64,000 nt of DNA, taken from positions 959,907 through 1,023,906 of the forward strand of contig OY970230.1 of assembly GCA_963714095.1 (NCBI GenBank), in the 5' to 3' direction. A program made the translations under genes and the position numbers. This document shows positions 31,107 through 40,982 of the stretch, piece by piece (position 1 is the stretch's first letter; each line of letters starts with the position of its first letter). Below the pieces are notes generated by a model. That model saw only the letters and a program-made list of their open reading frames with translations. It was not told the origin of the DNA and did no database searches. This DNA is from Candidatus Gottesmanbacteria bacterium. GTDB taxonomy: Bacteria; Patescibacteriota; Microgenomatia; UBA10105; UBA927.

Positions 31107-31708
31107 TCAACCAGAATTTCGTCATCGTCGGATTTATTTTAAATCTTATCGGGGGCGCGAGTTATTTCATTGATACCGTTAAAGGCAAAATTCAGCCGAA
31201 CCGCGTCACGTGGTTTCTTTGGGTTCTAGCGCCGCTTATTGCATTTACGGCTGAAATAAAGCAAGGTGTTGGCATACAGTCGCTTATGACGCTCGGCGTT
31301 GGTTTATCCCCGGCATTTATTTTCGCTGCATCGTTTTATAATAAAAAAGCTGTATGGAAATTAAAACGTTTTGACTATATATGCGGAGTTTTTTCATTGA
31401 TTGGACTATTGCTGTGGTATATAACGAAAATCGGAAATATTGCGATACTATTTAGCCTTCTTGCTGATGCGTTGGCTTCAGTTCCGACAATTGTAAAATC
31501 ATATACCCATCCGGAGTCAGAAAGTTATATTGAATTTCTCTTCGCTTTTTTCAGCGCTGTTCTAACAGTACTGACTATACGGTTATGGAATTTTGCGACA
31601 TATGCATTTCCGATATACATACTCTGTATTAACGCTGTTTGCGTTATTCTTATAAAATTTCGTTTGGGAAAACGCAGAAAAAATATTCGTCTTGACAATC
31701 TAATTTAG
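31103..31708 (+). CDS. small ~6-TM membrane protein, ATGA-coupled to folA
   Basis: Hydrophobic helices throughout. Its size and topology fit an ECF-type S-component or other small-solute transporter. Confidence 0.5.
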   Translation: MINQNFVIVGFILNLIGGASYFIDTVKGKIQPNRVTWFLWVLAPLIAFTAEIKQGVGIQSLMTLGVGLSPAFIFAASFYNKKAVWKLKRFDYICGVFSLIGLLLWYITKIGNIAILFSLLADALASVPTIVKSYTHPESESYIEFLFAFFSAVLTVLTIRLWNFATYAFPIYILCINAVCVILIKFRLGKRRKNIRLDNLI

Positions 31709-31726
31709 CTCGATATACTGCTCCAC

Positions 31727-32362
31727 ATGGTGAATCGTGCGGAATGCCGGGAGACTCAACCCGATGTGATTAATAAACTTTATACGATGCCCTACGAATT
31801 TGTTCCGCGGGCATCCCTTCTTCATGCTATTGGATTTGCCGCGGATGATTGCGGGGAACAGTATATTTCAATGAACATGTTAAACAGGGTGCGGGTTAAA
31901 TTTCACAAAAGAGTGTTGAGTGTTTTGGGATCTGGCGGGGCGTGTTTGGTGCCCCACGATGCGCTTGCCGAATTTGAGATTACACATTTCCGGCCGATAC
32001 CGGAATCTGTGTATCACCTGCCGGAAAATCAACGCCGCGCATGTGAACTCATCTGGTCGCACGTGAAGCGTGTGAGTATAGTTGCAAGAAAAATAGGGGA
32101 GAAAATGATTGAAGAACTCCGACCGATGCCTACGGAAGAGAGTTATCAAACATTGGAAAAAGTTGTTCAGGCAATTACAGTATCAGCGCATCATAGTGTG
32201 GTATGGACAGATGTGATGTCGGGGGAGCCTATCGGAACAAGTGGTACTCAGTTTATTCAATCGATGAAGAGATTGAATGATTTTATGGCCGAAACACAAA
32301 TTCCTGTCCGTTTAAAACCGACGCATTTTGAGCCTTACCACTATGCATTTCGATGGATTTAG
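31727..32362 (+). CDS. hypothetical protein
   Basis: 211-aa ORF with no recognisable motif. Confidence 0.4.
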   Translation: MVNRAECRETQPDVINKLYTMPYEFVPRASLLHAIGFAADDCGEQYISMNMLNRVRVKFHKRVLSVLGSGGACLVPHDALAEFEITHFRPIPESVYHLPENQRRACELIWSHVKRVSIVARKIGEKMIEELRPMPTEESYQTLEKVVQAITVSAHHSVVWTDVMSGEPIGTSGTQFIQSMKRLNDFMAETQIPVRLKPTHFEPYHYAFRWI

Positions 32363-32388
32363 AATAAAAACTTTGTTACCATTAGCCT

Positions 32389-33291
32389 ATGCCGTGGTAT
32401 TTATTTGCGCTTGCCGCGCCGACGTTATACAGCGTTTCAACGTTCGTTGATAAGTTTTTGCTGGAAAAACGGATCCGCGACCCGCTGGCGATTACTGCTT
32501 TATCCGGCATACTGTCTGGCATATTGGGTATTATCATCGGAACTGTGACAGGTTGGCGCGCAGTCGGCGGACAGGGAGTATGGATTCTTCTGGGTGCAGG
32601 TTTACTCCTTATTATCTATCTGATTCCTTATTTCGCCGCTATGAAGCTGGATGAAACGTCCAGAGTGACGCCGTTATTCGGTTTTGTTCCGGTATTTACC
32701 CTCATTATGTCATCCATTTTTCTTCACGAAGGCATGGGCCTAAAGCAAATTTTCGGGATGATCATCGTCGTAGCCGGCGGATTTTTGTTGTCGGTCAAGC
32801 GTGTCGAAGGGGGTATATTCCGTCCTCGGGCATCATTGTGGCTCATGCTGTTGTCCAGTGTCTTATACGGATTGGTGAATATCTTGTTCCGGTTTGTGGC
32901 GCATGGGGCAACCGTTGGGTTTTGGAGTATCCTGGCGTATGAATACGTAGGGAAAGGGATCGGAGGATTTGTGCTTCTTTTCGTTCCGCGGATTCGGGGA
33001 GCTGTTGTCCGGCAGTTTCAGATCATCAAAAAATCCGTAGGCATTTTGGCGGTCAACGATGCCGTAAATATTACCGCTGAAACGTCTGAAGCGTTTGCGC
33101 TCACTCTTGCCACCGTTCCCATGGTGAATATTGTCGGCGCGGTGCAGCCGTTTATGACACTTGTTGAAGGATTGATATTGACGATTTGGTTTCCCCGCAT
33201 TATCAAAGAAGATATCGGCAAAACAGCAATTGTCCACAAGCTTATTTCCATTACGCTGATTTTCGCCGGGCTTTATTTGGTATTCGCTTAA
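32389..33291 (+). CDS. EamA/DMT-family transporter
   Basis: About 10 TM helices in a duplicated EamA-like arrangement. Confidence 0.65.
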   Translation: MPWYLFALAAPTLYSVSTFVDKFLLEKRIRDPLAITALSGILSGILGIIIGTVTGWRAVGGQGVWILLGAGLLLIIYLIPYFAAMKLDETSRVTPLFGFVPVFTLIMSSIFLHEGMGLKQIFGMIIVVAGGFLLSVKRVEGGIFRPRASLWLMLLSSVLYGLVNILFRFVAHGATVGFWSILAYEYVGKGIGGFVLLFVPRIRGAVVRQFQIIKKSVGILAVNDAVNITAETSEAFALTLATVPMVNIVGAVQPFMTLVEGLILTIWFPRIIKEDIGKTAIVHKLISITLIFAGLYLVFA

Positions 33292-33294
33292 CTT

Positions 33295-33555
33295 TTACGC
33301 GATATCCTTTTTCATTTCCAGATATTGCCGCTTGGTGATTTCTCCTTTGGCGTAGCGTTTTTTCAGTATCTCGAGCGCCGTTTCTTCCGCTGGGAGTTTG
33401 TTTTCGTTGTCGCTGGTGTCGTCATCATCCGACCGGTGAGCGGCAATTGCCCAAATCAAAAGAATCGCCCCGAGAATAAGAAAAAACGGGAATAGGCCGA
33501 ACCAGGAAAAACCCGGACTGCGCATGACGTACATATGACCGTAATATCCCCACAT
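33295..33555 (-). CDS. SHOCT-domain membrane protein
   Basis: C-terminal 'LKKRYAKGEITKRQYLEMKKDI' SHOCT motif after a TM helix. Confidence 0.7.
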   Translation of the reverse strand: MWGYYGHMYVMRSPGFSWFGLFPFFLILGAILLIWAIAAHRSDDDDTSDNENKLPAEETALEILKKRYAKGEITKRQYLEMKKDIA

Positions 33556-33627
33556 ATTTTTATCTCACCCTCTTTCTGTCAGAAAGTATACAGTTATTAG
33601 TCTGAGAAAATCCTGATAGCAGTGCCC

Positions 33628-34467
33628 TTATTTTTTTGTACGGAAGAGACCGTACGTTGCGACAGCGGCTGTTGCAGAAACGGCGCCGATAACAACAAGA
33701 AGTTTTAATCGTTTTTTTGCATCATTTTGTATTTCCGGGGATAACGTTGCGGGAGTACTTTTGATTGCTTTCAGTCGTTGGGCTGTCGTGATAGCATTTG
33801 CCGTAGCAGAGAGAACATCCGCGATAACCTGAACGGGAACTCCGTGAATTTCCGGAAATTCCATCCCCAGTATTGCCAAAAATGCTCTGCCGAGGCGTGT
33901 ACCGGCAAGTCCAATGATTCCTTTACCGTTTTCGGGGACCGCTACGCCTTTAGTTTCTGCCAATGCTCTTGCCGTACTTGGCCATGGTGAGGTCGTTGCA
34001 GCGGCCAGCGCTGCAATTGTTCCAATTGTATCGTGACGTTTTTCGGCGGATATTGAACGGGAGAGAGCCGAAAGTAATTCTCCGGTTCTGTCGCTTGCAA
34101 CGTCGATAAACGGCCCGTTAGGGTCAGGGGTGCCACCTTTCCGTATTCGCAATCTGGCCATGGGACCGTCAAATGCGTCGCCGAGTTGTGAAGCGACGGT
34201 TGTGGCAAGCGATACGGCGGTAAGCCTGTTATCCCGTGCGCTATGATCACCGCGGCGGATGGCCGCGATAGTACTGCCGATGGCAGTACCGGCAACTCCC
34301 AAGATGGTAATATCATTGGCGGTAAGTCCCGGCAACGACTCATGAAGTTTCCGTGTTATGGTATTGATGGTTTCAGCGGTTACTTTTCGGATCGGAGAAT
34401 TTCGTGTTTCCGTAACTGATTCTATGCTTATGGCCATAATGGTTGGAACTATATCATATTCATTCAT
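33628..34467 (-). CDS. hypothetical Ala/Thr-rich protein with terminal hydrophobic segments
   Basis: ORF only. Composition is biased. Confidence 0.4.
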   Translation of the reverse strand: MNEYDIVPTIMAISIESVTETRNSPIRKVTAETINTITRKLHESLPGLTANDITILGVAGTAIGSTIAAIRRGDHSARDNRLTAVSLATTVASQLGDAFDGPMARLRIRKGGTPDPNGPFIDVASDRTGELLSALSRSISAEKRHDTIGTIAALAAATTSPWPSTARALAETKGVAVPENGKGIIGLAGTRLGRAFLAILGMEFPEIHGVPVQVIADVLSATANAITTAQRLKAIKSTPATLSPEIQNDAKKRLKLLVVIGAVSATAAVATYGLFRTKK

Positions 34468-34579
34468 TTACGGCAAAACGATAGGAAATAAGGGATAAAG
34501 ATCTGAGAATAATCTGAAAATACTGGTTGACTTTGCTGTTTGGGTAAAGATAAACTGATAAAAAGGAGATCAAATCACT

Positions 34580-35113
34580 ATGGATACCAAACATGCATCC
34601 GTAACGCCGTCACCAGTGTCTGTAACACCAGCTCCTGTTTCAAAATCTACTCCCAGCGTGATTGTCTATGCGGGCTTCTGGGTAAGATTATTGGCTTTAA
34701 TTATCGATGGGTTACTGGTGGGATTCGTGAATTTTATTATTAGTATGGTATTTCATGTTGTTGGGCTTGGTACAACTATGGCGGTAAACGGGGGGACAGC
34801 TGGCACAAATTCCGCTCCTCTGCTTCTGACATCAGGTCTAAGCAGCCTGGTGACCATCGCCGTATCTCTTGGCTATTATATCTATATGATCGGGAGCCGA
34901 GGTCAAACCCTCGGGAAAATGGCGGTAAAAATTAAGGTTCAACGGCTTGATGGGGTTGAGCCGGTTGGCTATGTTCAGGCATTTTTGCGGGAGATTATCG
35001 GTAAGTTTATTTCAGGATTAGTTGTATGTCTTGGGTATCTGTGGATGCTTTGGGATAGTAAAAAACAGACGTGGCACGATAAGATAGCCAATACGGTAGT
35101 AGTTAAAGTGTAA
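34580..35113 (+). CDS. RDD-family membrane protein
   Basis: 'RGQTLGKM' and 'TWHDKIANTVV' RDD motifs. A strong SD 'aaggag' lies upstream. Confidence 0.7.
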   Translation: MDTKHASVTPSPVSVTPAPVSKSTPSVIVYAGFWVRLLALIIDGLLVGFVNFIISMVFHVVGLGTTMAVNGGTAGTNSAPLLLTSGLSSLVTIAVSLGYYIYMIGSRGQTLGKMAVKIKVQRLDGVEPVGYVQAFLREIIGKFISGLVVCLGYLWMLWDSKKQTWHDKIANTVVVKV

Positions 35114-35123
35114 TAATTGTTTC

Positions 35124-36137
35124 ATGCGCACAATCGATTACGGTAAAATTACCCGTCGTTCCTGGGAGATTACCAAGGCAAATAAATGGCTTTGGGTATT
35201 CGGTCTCGTGATCGCCGTATTTGGCGGAGGAGGGTCAAGCGGCGGATCAAGCGGGAGCTCGGGTGGGAGTTCAGGGTCGACGTTCCAAAAAAGCGTTCCC
35301 GTGAATCCCCCTCAACAACTTCAGGAAAAAGCAACAAAAGTGCTTGGGGATGCAACAAACATTTTTTTAGAGTGGGCGAAAACTGTCCCCTGGACGACGT
35401 GGTTTTTTATAGGGCTTGGTGTTCTCATTGTCGCAATCTTCAGCGCGGTTGTCGTGTGGGTAGTCAGAACGTGGGCGCGGGGTGCGCTTATTGCGGGTCT
35501 CGATAACGCAGATCGCGGGAAAACGGTTAGCTTATTAACCGAATCTCCGAAAGGGATTGCAAAAATAAAACCTCTTATTCTCTTTGACCTTATAAACGCA
35601 GGAATTCTTCTCGGGCTCATTGTTGCTTCCGTGGCACTTGTCGGCGGAGGCTTCTTAATTTTTTCTTTTGTATCATGGCTCCAAATACTTTGGATCATCC
35701 TTACCGGCATTCTTTCAGTATTTGCATTTATCGTTGCAATCGTTCTGTTGTCGCTCACGACTGTATTCGCCGAGCGGCTTATCGTATTTACCGAAACTAA
35801 GCCCTGGCCTGCATGGGAAAAAGGATTTTCGCTTGCGCGGCACGAGTTTTTGGCGACGTTTCTCATGGGCTGTATTAATCTCGGTATCGGTTGTGCCGGC
35901 GGATGCCTGGCAACCCTGGCGCTTCTTATTGTTTTAGGTATTCCGGGATTTTTTATCGCCATGCCGATGTTTACCGGCGGATTCCATGCACCGAACGCCG
36001 CACAGATTATAGCGCTTTTATTGTTATTTTTTATTTTTCTTTCGGCAAATTTGCTTGTGCGCACGATATTGGTGGTTTTTAATTACGGGAACTGGAATTT
36101 ATTTTTCCGGCAGATCGTGAAGGAGGACCATGTCTAA
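35124..36137 (+). CDS. multi-pass membrane protein with a Gly/Ser-rich linker
   Basis: 'GGGGSSGGSSGSSGGSSGS' low-complexity segment, followed by several TM helices. Confidence 0.5.
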   Translation: MRTIDYGKITRRSWEITKANKWLWVFGLVIAVFGGGGSSGGSSGSSGGSSGSTFQKSVPVNPPQQLQEKATKVLGDATNIFLEWAKTVPWTTWFFIGLGVLIVAIFSAVVVWVVRTWARGALIAGLDNADRGKTVSLLTESPKGIAKIKPLILFDLINAGILLGLIVASVALVGGGFLIFSFVSWLQILWIILTGILSVFAFIVAIVLLSLTTVFAERLIVFTETKPWPAWEKGFSLARHEFLATFLMGCINLGIGCAGGCLATLALLIVLGIPGFFIAMPMFTGGFHAPNAAQIIALLLLFFIFLSANLLVRTILVVFNYGNWNLFFRQIVKEDHV

Positions 36138-36726
36138 CATCGCGTCCCCCTGGCGGAGGCTCATCGCATACGCGATTGATAAGACAATATGGTTGCTGTA
36201 CTTCATGATGGTTCTTTTATGGCTCAGCACGTCTGACGATATGCCGACGGTGTTCAACAGGGCATTGGTTTTGGTTGGTTTCGGACTGCTTTTTTCCATC
36301 GTGTATGAGTTGATCAACATTTTTCTTACCTCGTGGGCCGGCGGGACTATCGGTAAACTTATCACTGGTATAGAGATTGTACGGTCGGACGGGAAACATG
36401 TATCGTTTGCCCGTGCATTTTTACGGAACTACATGGGCTATATGGTTTCCGGCATTTATTTTCTTGGATTTATTTGGGTATTTATTGATAAATTGCGTCG
36501 CGGGTGGCACGATCAACTTGCAGACACGTATGTCGTTGTCACACAGAAATTTGGGTGGATCATTGGACTTATTATGTTGGTATTTATCGGATATTTAAAC
36601 GTGAGCTTTGTCCGTCAAACGGTTGATAATTTTTTTTCCCGTCGGAGTATGTATACGTCATTTGTTATAAGTATATATGACGAGGTTCAGCCCGCACCGA
36701 AGACGCAAACATCCCCCGCGCCGTAA
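36130..36726 (+). CDS. RDD-family membrane protein (second copy)
   Basis: 'GGTIGKLITG' and 'RGWHDQLADTYVV' RDD motifs. Confidence 0.7.
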   Translation: MSNIASPWRRLIAYAIDKTIWLLYFMMVLLWLSTSDDMPTVFNRALVLVGFGLLFSIVYELINIFLTSWAGGTIGKLITGIEIVRSDGKHVSFARAFLRNYMGYMVSGIYFLGFIWVFIDKLRRGWHDQLADTYVVVTQKFGWIIGLIMLVFIGYLNVSFVRQTVDNFFSRRSMYTSFVISIYDEVQPAPKTQTSPAP

Positions 36727-36777
36727 TACTTCCATTCGGATCGTTTCTGGCAGTTGCAGATTGCGTAATTCTATATT

Positions 36778-36786
36778 TGATATAAT
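36778..36786 (+). promoter_or_regulatory. extended -10 promoter TGaTATAAT, 8 nt before the ychF ATG
   Basis: The consensus match implies a leaderless transcript. Confidence 0.45.
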
Positions 36787-36794
36787 GAACCATC

Positions 36795-37859
36795 ATGAAT
36801 TTAAAAATCGGGATTGTGGGTCTGGCGAACGTAGGGAAGTCGACGCTGTTTAATGCGCTTCTCAAAAAACAGGTGGCGTTTGCGGCAAATTATCCGTTTG
36901 CAACGATTGAGCCCAATATCGGCGTTGTGCCGGTGCCCGACACACGGCTCGCTAAGCTCGCCGTGATTACGAAGGCAGAGGAAAAAGTGGATACACTGCC
37001 GCCCCTCCGGCCCGCAACTGTGGAGTTTGTGGATATTGCAGGACTGGTAAAAGGCGCATCTGAAGGTCAGGGGTTGGGGAATAAATTTCTATCGCATATC
37101 CGGGAAGTGAATATTATTTGTCATGTGGTACGGTTTTTCCCAAATCCGGATATCGTCCATGTGGTAGGGGATATAGATCCTGCCCGCGACCGGGAAATTG
37201 CGGAAACGGAACTCATGCTTGCCGATTTACAAACGCTCAACAAACAGGCAGAGCCCAACCAAACCGCGACAAAAGAAGAACGTACGCGGTGGAACGTGAT
37301 AAATAAATTAAAAGCCGGATTGGATGCAGGGAAACTTGGTAGAAGTGTCATTCATGACCCTGAAGAGCAGTTCCTTGTTCGCGATCTCCAATTATTGACG
37401 ATGAAACCGATTCTCTACGTTGCCAACGTTTCGGAAAATCAACTCGCTCAAAAAATAGATACGTATCTGAGTATCTGTGCCGAAACGGAATCCCAGCTTG
37501 CCGGACTCACCGAAGATGAGCAAAAAGAATATCTGAAAACGCTTGGATTGGATGCGTCCGGCCTCGACCGGCTTATTCAAAAAGCGTATGAAATGCTCGG
37601 GCTTATATCATTTCTTACCTGCGGGGTTATCGAAGCGCGTGCCTGGACCATAGAAAACGGTACGAAAGCGCCGCAGGCTGCCGGAGTCATCCATACGGAT
37701 TTTGAGAAAAAGTTTATTAAAGCCGACTGTATATCGTTTGAGGATTTTGTAGCTTCCGGAGGTTGGAAAAAAGCCAGGGAGTTGGGCAAGGTCCGTGTTG
37801 AGGGGAAAGAGTACGTGATGCGGGATGGCGATGTCGTTGAATTTAAGATCGGAACATGA
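36795..37859 (+). CDS. ychF: ribosome-binding ATPase YchF
   Basis: 'GIVGLANVGKSTLFNAL' G1 motif and a TGS C-terminal domain. Confidence 0.9.
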   Translation: MNLKIGIVGLANVGKSTLFNALLKKQVAFAANYPFATIEPNIGVVPVPDTRLAKLAVITKAEEKVDTLPPLRPATVEFVDIAGLVKGASEGQGLGNKFLSHIREVNIICHVVRFFPNPDIVHVVGDIDPARDREIAETELMLADLQTLNKQAEPNQTATKEERTRWNVINKLKAGLDAGKLGRSVIHDPEEQFLVRDLQLLTMKPILYVANVSENQLAQKIDTYLSICAETESQLAGLTEDEQKEYLKTLGLDASGLDRLIQKAYEMLGLISFLTCGVIEARAWTIENGTKAPQAAGVIHTDFEKKFIKADCISFEDFVASGGWKKARELGKVRVEGKEYVMRDGDVVEFKIGT

Positions 37860-37873
37860 TAGTATTAAGCCTT

Positions 37874-38152
37874 ATGACGAGAGAATATGAACTAATGTTG
37901 GTGCTCCGGCCGGATTTCGGCGTGGAAGAAAAAACGGTACGCGACCTGGTAACGAAGCTCATCGGCGACAGAAAAATCAAAGAGCTTACTGTCATGGGGA
38001 AAAAGAGACTTGCGTACCCTATCAAAAAACAGACAGAGGGCGTCTATGCGGTCGCAACCCTAACCGGCGCACCCATGAATATCGGCGCATTTGAAAAACA
38101 AACGAAGTTAGGAATAGACGTTTTACGGTTTCTCATTACTGTAAAGGAATAA
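37874..38152 (+). CDS. rpsF: 30S ribosomal protein S6
   Basis: 'YELMLVLRPD' S6 N-terminus. It sits in an rpsF-ssb-rpsR cluster. Confidence 0.85.
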   Translation: MTREYELMLVLRPDFGVEEKTVRDLVTKLIGDRKIKELTVMGKKRLAYPIKKQTEGVYAVATLTGAPMNIGAFEKQTKLGIDVLRFLITVKE

Positions 38153-38156
38153 GCAC

Positions 38157-38690
38157 ATGTCGTCACGAAGTTTAAACAAAGTACAGTTGATAGGAAATTT
38201 GACCCGGGATCCTGAGTTGCGGTATACGCCGACCGGTGCCGCAGTCTGTACGATCGGGCTTGCGACGAACAGATCATGGACAACGGAAGCGGGAGAGAAG
38301 AAAGAAGAGACGGAGTTCCACAGGGTGGTTGCGTGGAACAAACTTGCGGAGCTCTGCTCACAGCTTTTGGTGAAGGGCAGAAAGATTTATGTGGAGGGGA
38401 GATTGCGTACAAACGCATGGCAGACAGCTGACGGACAGCCCAGAACGACGACAGAAGTCGTTATTGAAGATATGATTATTTTGGATTCGCGGCGTCCGGT
38501 GACGGGTGTAACTGGGGAAGCGGGCGCGCCTGAGGGGCAAGTAAGTGAACCGGCAGCAGCAACGGACGCGGGAACACCTGCGACGACGTATGCACAACCT
38601 GCAGTAAAAAAATCTACAAAAAAAGAAGAAGTCAAAAATGAGAAAAGTGCGCCATCAGAAGAAGTAAATCCTGATGATATACCTTTTTAA
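38157..38690 (+). CDS. ssb: single-stranded DNA-binding protein
   Basis: OB fold 'VQLIGNLTRDPELRYTP', and a C-terminal acidic 'DDIPF' tail. Confidence 0.9.
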   Translation: MSSRSLNKVQLIGNLTRDPELRYTPTGAAVCTIGLATNRSWTTEAGEKKEETEFHRVVAWNKLAELCSQLLVKGRKIYVEGRLRTNAWQTADGQPRTTTEVVIEDMIILDSRRPVTGVTGEAGAPEGQVSEPAAATDAGTPATTYAQPAVKKSTKKEEVKNEKSAPSEEVNPDDIPF

Positions 38691-38693
38691 CCT

Positions 38694-38936
38694 ATGATGA
38701 ACCGAAGAAACAACAGACGACGTGAGCGGCCGGTAGCAAAAAACTGTCCGTTTTGCGCAAATAAAACAAATCCTGATTACAAAGATACCGGGGCATTGAA
38801 TAAATATATTACCGAGCGGGGGAAATTATTGAGCCGTGCCCGGACGGGCCTCTGCGCCAAACATCAGCGATGGATGACTGCAGCGGTTAAGCGAGCCCGA
38901 TTGGTTGCGCTTCTTCCGTTTATTGTCCGCGCATGA
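38694..38936 (+). CDS. rpsR: 30S ribosomal protein S18
   Basis: 'CPFCANK' and '[31 protein letters not shown]'. Confidence 0.9.
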   Translation: MMNRRNNRRRERPVAKNCPFCANKTNPDYKDTGALNKYITERGKLLSRARTGLCAKHQRWMTAAVKRARLVALLPFIVRA

Positions 38937-39016
38937 TCCTTTCGCTTCGCTCAGGACGACGATGCGTCGTATCCATTTACGAACGTGTGATTTCCTGATA
39001 CTATGGAAGTTGTCGT

Positions 39017-40288
39017 ATGAAATCGTTTCGTTTCACAAATATCCGGCTTTTTGTCATTATTGCGACCCTGTGTATTCTTACCGGTGGAATCGGATACCGC
39101 CTGGGGGAACAAAGAACGTCTGTCAGCTTTAGTTCCTATAAAGGGATTGTCGTACATCAAAATCCTCCCGCCGCCGTAACGGTAGATTTTTCTCTTTTTT
39201 GGACCGTGTGGCAGCGGATTACGCAGTCGTACATTGACCGCGCCACTCTTGATCCCCAGAAAATGGTTTGGGGTGCTATTTCCGGCATGGTGAACTCGCT
39301 CGGGGACCCGTACACGACATATTTTACGCCGGATGATAATAAAGATTTTAAGGAGACGTTGGGAGGGGCGTTTGAAGGTATCGGTGCACAGTTGGGTACA
39401 AAAGACAACCACGTTATTGTGATAGCCCCGCTGAAGGGCACACCCGCGGAGGCTGCAGGAATACGTGCCGGCGATTTCATTTTGAAAGTGGACGGGGCTG
39501 ACACAACCGGCTGGTCAGTGGACGAAACGGTCAATAAAATCAGGGGACCGAAAGGTACAACAGTCAAACTTTCCGTTCTTCACAGCACGGATTCGGTTCC
39601 GGTGGATATTTCCATTGTGCGCAGTACGATTAACGTTCCCTCCGTCGTTTGGTGGGTGAAACCGGTGAGTCAAATTACGGAAATTTCCGATACTGCAGCA
39701 TTTAAAAATCTGCCGCAAAACGGAACCGTGGCATATATCCAGTTATCGGAATTTGGAGACAACACGGATGCGGATTGGGATAAGGCTGTGGCGGATATAC
39801 TTACCCGCGGCAATATTGTGAGCGGACTTATCCTGGACGTGCGCAATAACCCCGGCGGGTATCTGGACGGCGCGGTGTATATTGCCAGTGAATTTATTAA
39901 AAGCGGTACAGTAGTATCTCAGGTGAACAGTGACGGTACCAAAGAGAACTATCCCGTTGACCGTCAGGGGAAACTTCTTACCATTCCTATGGTCGTTCTC
40001 ATCAATAAAGGAAGCGCCTCCGCTGCCGAAATCGTTTCGGGAGCACTGCATGATTATAAACGGGCAACGCTGGTCGGGGAAACGTCGTTCGGCAAGGGAT
40101 CGGTACAGACGCCGGAGGATTTACCGGACGGTTCAAGCGTCCATATTACAACCGGACGGTGGCTCCTTCCAAACGGTGATTCTATCAGTAAAAAAGGTAT
40201 CACGCCGGATATCGTTATTCCCATGGATTCCGTTAGCGCCACAGCGGATGCACAACTAGAGAAGGCTGTGGAATTATTGTTGAAATGA
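39017..40288 (+). CDS. ctpA: carboxyl-terminal processing protease (S41) with PDZ
   Basis: PDZ 'GIRAGDFILKVDG', 'DVRNNPGG', and a Ser-Lys dyad region. Confidence 0.8.
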   Translation: MKSFRFTNIRLFVIIATLCILTGGIGYRLGEQRTSVSFSSYKGIVVHQNPPAAVTVDFSLFWTVWQRITQSYIDRATLDPQKMVWGAISGMVNSLGDPYTTYFTPDDNKDFKETLGGAFEGIGAQLGTKDNHVIVIAPLKGTPAEAAGIRAGDFILKVDGADTTGWSVDETVNKIRGPKGTTVKLSVLHSTDSVPVDISIVRSTINVPSVVWWVKPVSQITEISDTAAFKNLPQNGTVAYIQLSEFGDNTDADWDKAVADILTRGNIVSGLILDVRNNPGGYLDGAVYIASEFIKSGTVVSQVNSDGTKENYPVDRQGKLLTIPMVVLINKGSASAAEIVSGALHDYKRATLVGETSFGKGSVQTPEDLPDGSSVHITTGRWLLPNGDSISKKGITPDIVIPMDSVSATADAQLEKAVELLLK

Positions 40289-40291
40289 CGG

Positions 40292-40981
40292 TTATAGTTG
40301 AACGGTCGCAATGACGGGATAATGGTCAGAGAATTTTATCCGTTCAACCTCGAGACCCGTGAGTTTACATTTTGATGTAAAGACGTAATCCAGTTGATGC
40401 TTCATAATGCCAAGGCGATGGGTTGCTAACCGCTTTGGTAACGTTTGAAAACCGTAGGTTTTCATAAGTTTGATGAGTTTTTTGTTGGGACGGATGGCGT
40501 GTAAATTAAAATCGCCGGTAATAATTGATGCATGTTTATTTGAGAAAAGTGTTTCTGCAATCATCCTGATTTGTTTGTATCTTGCTCGGTTGGCCGCAAG
40601 AAATACGAGATGCGTATTGGCGATAGTGAACGTTTTTTTACCCGAACGGAAGGTGAGAAGTAAACAGCTTTTTTCCATCGGATTCCCTAAAAACCGTTTT
40701 TCCATCGGGTGCACGCCCATGTGCAGTGTTTCATTTTTAATGACACGGACAGCTGCTTTCCGGTAGATTATGACGAGATGAAATATTTTTTTCTTAAATA
40801 TAAATGATTGTGCGGATCGATGCCCCCAGTCAGGGGAGAGAGCTTTGTAGAAATCGAGAAGCTTTGCTTCCGGAAATTCCTGCAAACAAATAATATCCGC
40901 GGTTTTTTGTTCATTAATCCATGAAAGAACCCCCTTGAGACGTTTCCCGAAGAAGATATTGTAGGTAATGACGCGCAGCAT
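40292..40981 (-). CDS. endonuclease/exonuclease/phosphatase (EEP) family protein
   Basis: 'ITYNIFFG' N-terminus and 'SDHYPV' C-terminal EEP motifs. The start is taken at 'MLRVITYN'. The upstream part of the listed ORF is discounted. Confidence 0.65.
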   Translation of the reverse strand: MLRVITYNIFFGKRLKGVLSWINEQKTADIICLQEFPEAKLLDFYKALSPDWGHRSAQSFIFKKKIFHLVIIYRKAAVRVIKNETLHMGVHPMEKRFLGNPMEKSCLLLTFRSGKKTFTIANTHLVFLAANRARYKQIRMIAETLFSNKHASIITGDFNLHAIRPNKKLIKLMKTYGFQTLPKRLATHRLGIMKHQLDYVFTSKCKLTGLEVERIKFSDHYPVIATVQL

Positions 40982-40982
40982 T

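Noticed and set aside
33628-34467. CDP-alcohol phosphatidyltransferase assignment for the A/T-rich protein, based on 'D..AR...GD..D'
   Set aside because: The spacing does not fit the DG(x2)AR(x8)G(x3)G(x3)D(x3)D signature.
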